Source: Eledone cirrhosa
Taxonomy: Eukaryota
DNA length: 64,000 nucleotides
Direction: 5' to 3'
Assembly: GCA_964016885.1 (NCBI GenBank)
Contig: OZ024745.1
Location: forward strand, 78,554,001 to 78,618,000
Positions 57,720 to 64,000 of the stretch are shown here, one piece after another (position 1 is the first letter of the stretch; each line of letters starts with the position of its first letter). A program made the translations under genes and the position numbers. A model generated the notes under the pieces. The model saw only the letters and a program-made list of their open reading frames with translations. It was not told the DNA's origin and made no database searches.

Positions 57720-58664
57720 AGAATGGTAAAATGTACAATGTAAATACCCTTAAGTGGGGTTGTTGGAGAAGATAGAGTAGAAAAGGAAGAGAGAAAAGTA
57801 GGGGAGAGGGAGAGAGAGAGAAAGATATGCAGGGGTTGGAGAAGTAGGAGAGAGTGGTTTGTAGATATCTTAATCAAAATGTTATGGTAGGGGTTTTATT
57901 ATACTGGTTACTTTTGGAGAGATGCATTGATAGTTAATGCATAGATATGAAGAGGGAGGTCGGCCAAAGGCGAGAGAGTGAGAGTGTGTAATGGATGCCT
58001 CGATTAGTACAAAACTATCTCTTTCATTCTTTAAGTTAATCAACAAACATTTCCCTAGTTCCCATAAATACAGCAAAATTCTGAACTCTAAAACTATTAG
58101 ACTATCATACTCCAAGACACCAAACCTTGAAGCATACATAAAAAAACTTAACTTAAGGCAATTAAACAACTCTACAAAACAAAACATTTTAGTAACAGAT
58201 GGGCAGAACGTAATATCTGCCTCCCAACCACTAAATGGGAGACGGGTATTACACAATCCACCTGCACTGCTATCACAACCTATCCATGGTATACCCGCTA
58301 CCCACAACAAAGAATGTAACTGCCATCTACCTGAAAGATGTTCATTGAAGAATGAATGCCTCAAGTCCAACATTGTTTACCAATGCACGGTTGAATCGAA
58401 CGACCAGAAATGGTATTATATCAGATCTACCACCACCTCGTTTAAATCTCGCTGGTACCGTCATCGATTCTCAATCAAACATCCTAATCACCGTTTTGTG
58501 ACCACGCTCGCCAACAAGACCTGGCAACTCCGTGTAGTGTTTGTAACAGAGTTTTCAAGCCGCTGGCTGGACTAAAAAGTCACACTCGTTCAGCGCATCG
58601 GTAGCGGTTCTCCTACATGGATATAAAGTAGTGGCCGTACTCGAAAACGAGTTGGCAGCCACCA

Positions 58665-58826
<162 letters not shown>

Positions 58827-58956
58827 AAGTATATATATCCCTACACGCCCAAAGCGCTTAGAGAAACATGTATTGTCCAACCATATGCCAATGTGGTTCA
58901 ATGGCAAGTTAATAAATTAACGAGCCAGAACATATATAATCAAGGTTTAAACCTTG

Positions 58957-59041
<85 letters not shown>

Positions 59042-59471
59042 CACACGGCTGTGTATGATTGTGTAAGGAAGATTATATTAATAAAATGAATTCCAACTTT
59101 GTCTGATTTACTCTTTTTATTTACAATCCGTTAAAATTATAATGATATTATAATGAAATAGTATGGTAGAATATTAAATGTTAAGTGTTAATTGAACAAG
59201 TACTTTCATGCTTTCGCAATCTTCAGCTTCATATTCTGTGGTGACAGTCAAGTTTGCAATTTTCAACAAGTTTGCAATTTTCACAGTTCAAAATTGCAAA
59301 CTTGACTGTCACCACAGAATATGAAGCTGAAGATTGCGAAAGCATGAAAGTACTTGTTCAATTAACACTTAACATTTAATATTCTACCATACTATTTCAT
59401 TATAATATCATTATAATTTTAACGGATTGTAAATAAAAAGAGTAAATCAGACAAAGTTGGAATTCCTTTTA

Positions 59472-59514
<43 letters not shown>

Positions 59515-59522
<8 letters not shown>

Positions 59523-61069
59523 AATGAATAATAACAGGTAGACATCATAAAAAGGTAATTTATTCCGTGTGCTTACAAATGTTTCCACGGTGGTACTACA
59601 GCCTAGTTATGCTATGTGCAAATTTACAACTATTTGCAGAACTCAAATATCCAATGCTGTGACCACTGTATCCTCAGAGCAGAATGGTAAAATGTACAAT
59701 GTAAATACCCTTAAGTGGGGTTGTTGGAGAAGATAGAGTAGAAAAGGAAGAGAGAAAAGTAGGGGAGAGGGAGAGAGAGAGAAAGATATGCAGGGGTTGG
59801 AGAAGTAGGAGAGAGTGGTTTGTAGATATCTTAATCAAAATGTTATGGTAGGGGTTTTATTATACTGGTTACTTTTGGAGAGATGCATTGATAGTTAATG
59901 CATAGATATGAAGAGGGAGGTCGGCCAAAGGCGAGAGAGTGAGAGTGTGTAATGGATGCCTCGATTAGTACAAAACTATCTCTTTCATTCTTTAAGTTAA
60001 TCAACAAACATTTCCCTAGTTCCCATAAATACAGCAAAATTCTGAACTCTAAAACTATTAGACTATCATACTCCAAGACACCAAACCTTGAAGCATACAT
60101 AAAAAAACTTAACTTAAGGCAATTAAACAACTCTACAAAACAAAACATTTTAGTAACAGATGGGCAGAACGTAATATCTGCCTCCCAACCACTAAATGGG
60201 AGACGGGTATTACACAATCCACCTGCACTGCTATCACAACCTATCCATGGTATACCCGCTACCCACAACAAAGAATGTAACTGCCATCTACCTGAAAGAT
60301 GTTCATTGAAGAATGAATGCCTCAAGTCCAACATTGTTTACCAATGCACGGTTGAATCGAACGACCAGAAATGGTATTATATCAGATCTACCACCACCTC
60401 GTTTAAATCTCGCTGGTACCGTCATCGATTCTCAATCAAACATCCTAATCACCGTTTTGTGACCACGCTCGCCAACAAGACCTGGCAACTCCGTGAACAC
60501 AACCAACAGTTCACCTTAAAATGGGATATACTTTCCAGCGCAAGTGCATATCGGAGTGGATTGAAGTACTGCAGGTTATGTAACCTTGAACTCTTTTACA
60601 TATTAAAATCCAAAAGCAAACTACTTAACGATAGAATTGAACGATCATTATACTGCAACCACAAACTAAAAGCTAAATTCTCTCACTATAAAATAACTTA
60701 ACATTCGAACCCGTAACTATAACATCGCTTTCTAGCTAACCACCTTCTCTTCCCCCACACTACAAGACAATACACTGTTTATCACTATAAATGGTAACTC
60801 AGTGCAATTCGCAGATTACTACTACAAACCCAAAGTTCACTCACCACATAAACTTCGTCTGTCCCCTCTCTACCTCTCTCTCTACATCCATTACACTCTC
60901 TCTCTCTCGCCTTTGGCCTACCTCTCTCTCCGTATCTATGAACCTGCCCTCTGGGGCAATAAATAATTCCGACCTTAACTATCAACGCATCTCTCCAAAA
61001 GTAACCGGTAAAATAAAACCCCTACCATAACATTTTGATTAAGATAACTACAAACCACTCTCTCCTACT
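59515..61069 (+). mobile_element. 5'-truncated Penelope-like element: inverted pseudo-LTR, GIY-YIG ORF (59952-60701) and 3' region
   Basis: LINKHFP, LSYS, CNC...C.LKNECL...IVYQC, FKSRWYRH, LKWDIL and CRLCNLE motifs. 59802-59957 is the reverse complement of ~60884-61069. Confidence 0.9.
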
Positions 61070-61171
61070 TATATATATATATATGTATATATATGTATAT
61101 ATATATATGTATATATATGTATATATTTATATATATATATATATATATATATGTATGAATGTATATACATA

Positions 61172-61261
<90 letters not shown>

Positions 61262-61461
61262 TATATATATATATTATATATATATATATATACAATATAT
61301 TGAGAAACACACAGATACTTGCGGACACACACATATACATGAATATATCCACATCCATCCTTGAGTTAATGGTGCCAACCTTAACCGATGTTGCTCTATG
61401 AATAACTGGGACAAACCAATCCGAATGGATTAGACTGAACCAGTATCAGAGCTAAAAGTAC

Positions 61462-61499
<38 letters not shown>

Positions 61500-61507
61500 T
61501 ATGTATG

Positions 61508-61540
<33 letters not shown>

Positions 61541-61613
61541 GTATGTATATATATATATATGTATATATATATGTATGTATGTATATATATATATATGTAT
61601 ATATATATGTATG

Positions 61614-61650
<37 letters not shown>

Positions 61651-61786
61651 GTATGTATATATATATATATGTATGTATATATATATATACATGTATATAT
61701 ATGTATGTATATATATATATACATGTATATATATATATGTATGTATATATATATATATGTATATATATATATAATATATATATATG

Positions 61787-61847
<61 letters not shown>

Positions 61848-62307
61848 GGATTAACAAATAATAGTTAAATGCAGTCCACTTAGGTGAAGTCCAGTTATGG
61901 TATTCCAGGTAATGGATGATATTAACGCTTGGCTTGGTTTGACTCAACAAGGCGTTTTCATAGTGAAGCTGCGGGTATGCTGTAATTCCTATGTTGTAAA
62001 CACTTGGAGTAATAATAAATCAGGAAAGAAGGTTTACATGGTTTGCTATACAAAAAAGTTTGCTATACAAAAAAGTTTTTAATCACATAGCTTACATTTG
62101 TTTCCTTTTCTTTTCTTGCCTGTGTATTTTCTTCATTCTCGCATGCTCCGAAGATCTGACTGGTTATAATTCTGTATTGGCGATCGAGTAACGCAAAATT
62201 AAGCGTCAATGGCCATCCAAAATCACCGGAAGAGATGACCCCTTAGCCTTTGTCAAGGCAGAATTCTAGGAGAAGGAAAACTCTGATATAACACCTGCAA
62301 CCCTGAT

Positions 62308-62356
<49 letters not shown>

Positions 62357-62414
62357 ATGTATATATATATGTATGTATATATATATGTATATATATATAT
62401 ATGTATATATTTAC

Positions 62415-63596
62415 ATCAATCATAAGATACCTCTTGTATGCAGATGATTGCGATCTTGTAGCGCACACAGAGAGTGATATGCACCACATTTTGAATGTAT
62501 TTTCTGACGCTTGCATTGCCCTAGGATTGATTGTCAGTCTCAAGAAAACCGTCGTCATGTACCAACCTGCCCCTGGTAAGCAGTACACTGAACCAAATAT
62601 CTATGTGTATGGTAAACGACTTGGAGTGGTTGATCAGTTTGTCTACCTGGGAAGCACTGTCAATCGATACAGCAACCTTGATAGTGAAATCTCACTTAGG
62701 ATTAGGAAAGCAAGTGATGCTTTCGGAAAGCTAGAAAGGCGACTCTGGGGTCGGCGAGACATATGCAGGAGGACAAAGGTAAAGGTGTACAAGGCATGTG
62801 CGCTCTCTTGTCTTCTTTATGCCTGCGAGACCTGGGTCACATATCGACACCACCTTAAGCAATTGGAGCGTTTCCATCAGATGTGTCTCAGACGGATCCA
62901 TGGCGTTCACTGGAAGGACCACATCAGTGATGTCGAGATTTTGGAAAGCTCTATGTGTGACAGTATAGAAGCTCTTGTGCTCCGTTGGAGTGGTCACCTT
63001 GCCAGGATGAAGGATTCTAGAATACCAAAACAACTCTTTTATGGAGAGTTAGTTAAAGGAAAACGACCGCCACATAAACCAAAAAAGATTCCTTGAAAGC
63101 CTCTCTGAAAGACGCTAACATCTCTGCTGATACATGGGAAAATATTGCTGCTGATCGTAATAAATGGAGAAAGACTGTATATGAGGGAAAAGTTGCCTTT
63201 GGGGCATCTCGAATCGCATACGAGAAAGTAAAGCGGGATGTGAGGAAGGGCATTGCTGTTGCACTTCCAGACGGCGAGGGTCCTCCTATGGTGCTGACAT
63301 GCAGCGTCTGTGCGAGACTCTGGCTAAGCAAAGCTGGACTCGAAATTCATCTTAGCAGTCATAAAGTAAGACCAGTGGTTGACTACCAGGCTGCTGTTGG
63401 AGATGCTACTCATCATGCTTGCCAAGCATGTGGTAGAGAATGTAAATCAGCAGGAGGGCTCAAGCGACATGCAAAAGTACACAAACTCCAACCACAGCCG
63501 GCTATTCCCAGTGAATGTTTTGGTTGCCGACTCTGTGCAAGACATTTTAGATCATTGGCTGGGCTAAAAAGCCACATTCGATCGCAGCGCTGTTAG
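62415..63596 (+). mobile_element. RTE-clade LINE 3' half with three C2H2 zinc fingers
   Basis: LLYADDC, FVYLGS, LLYACETW, LRWSGHLARM and RIPKQLFYGEL; frameshift near 63090; CSVC, CQAC and CRLC fingers. Confidence 0.92.
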
Positions 63597-63688
63597 TTGC
63601 TATCGTGTGTGTGTATACATATGTTTATGTGTGTGCATATACATATATATATGTATATGTATACATATACATATATATATATATATAT

Positions 63689-63730
<42 letters not shown>

Positions 63731-64000
63731 ATGTATACATATACATATACATATATATATGTATATGTATATTATTATTGTTGTTGTTGTCGTTATTATT
63801 ATTGTTATTATTATTATTATTATTGTTATTGATCTAAGCGGACGTATTTTGCTCGCTCCCAGTAAGTCGCTTTATTTGCCTGTTAAAATTATTTGTTGTT
63901 AAATATTTCTTGTTGTGTAAGGGATATAAGCCCTCTGACTTTGCCCTGTGAAGGTAAAAGTATAATATTTGTGCCTTACATGTTAAAAAATTTACGGAGA

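Overview
Eukaryotic, very AT-rich genomic DNA dominated by (TA)n/(TG)n/(TC)n microsatellites. The SINE family and repeat landscape suggest a cephalopod, probably octopus; this is an inference. Almost all I/Y/C/V/M-rich ORFs in the track are microsatellite translations, not genes. One host gene is well supported: a + strand EGFL7/EGFL8-like gene (EMI domain, EGF, Ca-binding EGF, coiled coil, C-terminal SLSEQI..LEE.L..CSC). It has seven coding exons with clean AG/GT boundaries and matching phases from 20046 to 49677. The best signal-peptide exon (668-738) ends at a non-canonical GG|GAAATA junction. The rest is transposon-derived: a hAT-type transposon, a Helitron and a Helitron helicase relic, a Chapaev3-like MITE, RTE, CR1-like, CRE/NeSL-like, R4/Dong-like and Tx1-like LINE pieces, Penelope-like elements with inverted pseudo-LTRs, many tRNA-derived SINEs and a ~1.97 kb tandem duplication. 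The most unusual signal is a dense set of fold-back (palindromic) elements embedded in (TA)n tracts. They share terminal modules and several carry type I hammerhead ribozyme motifs. One near-textbook hammerhead lies at 31572-31660 (-), and several lie on the sense strand of the gene's introns. Coordinates were read by eye; TE edges are approximate.
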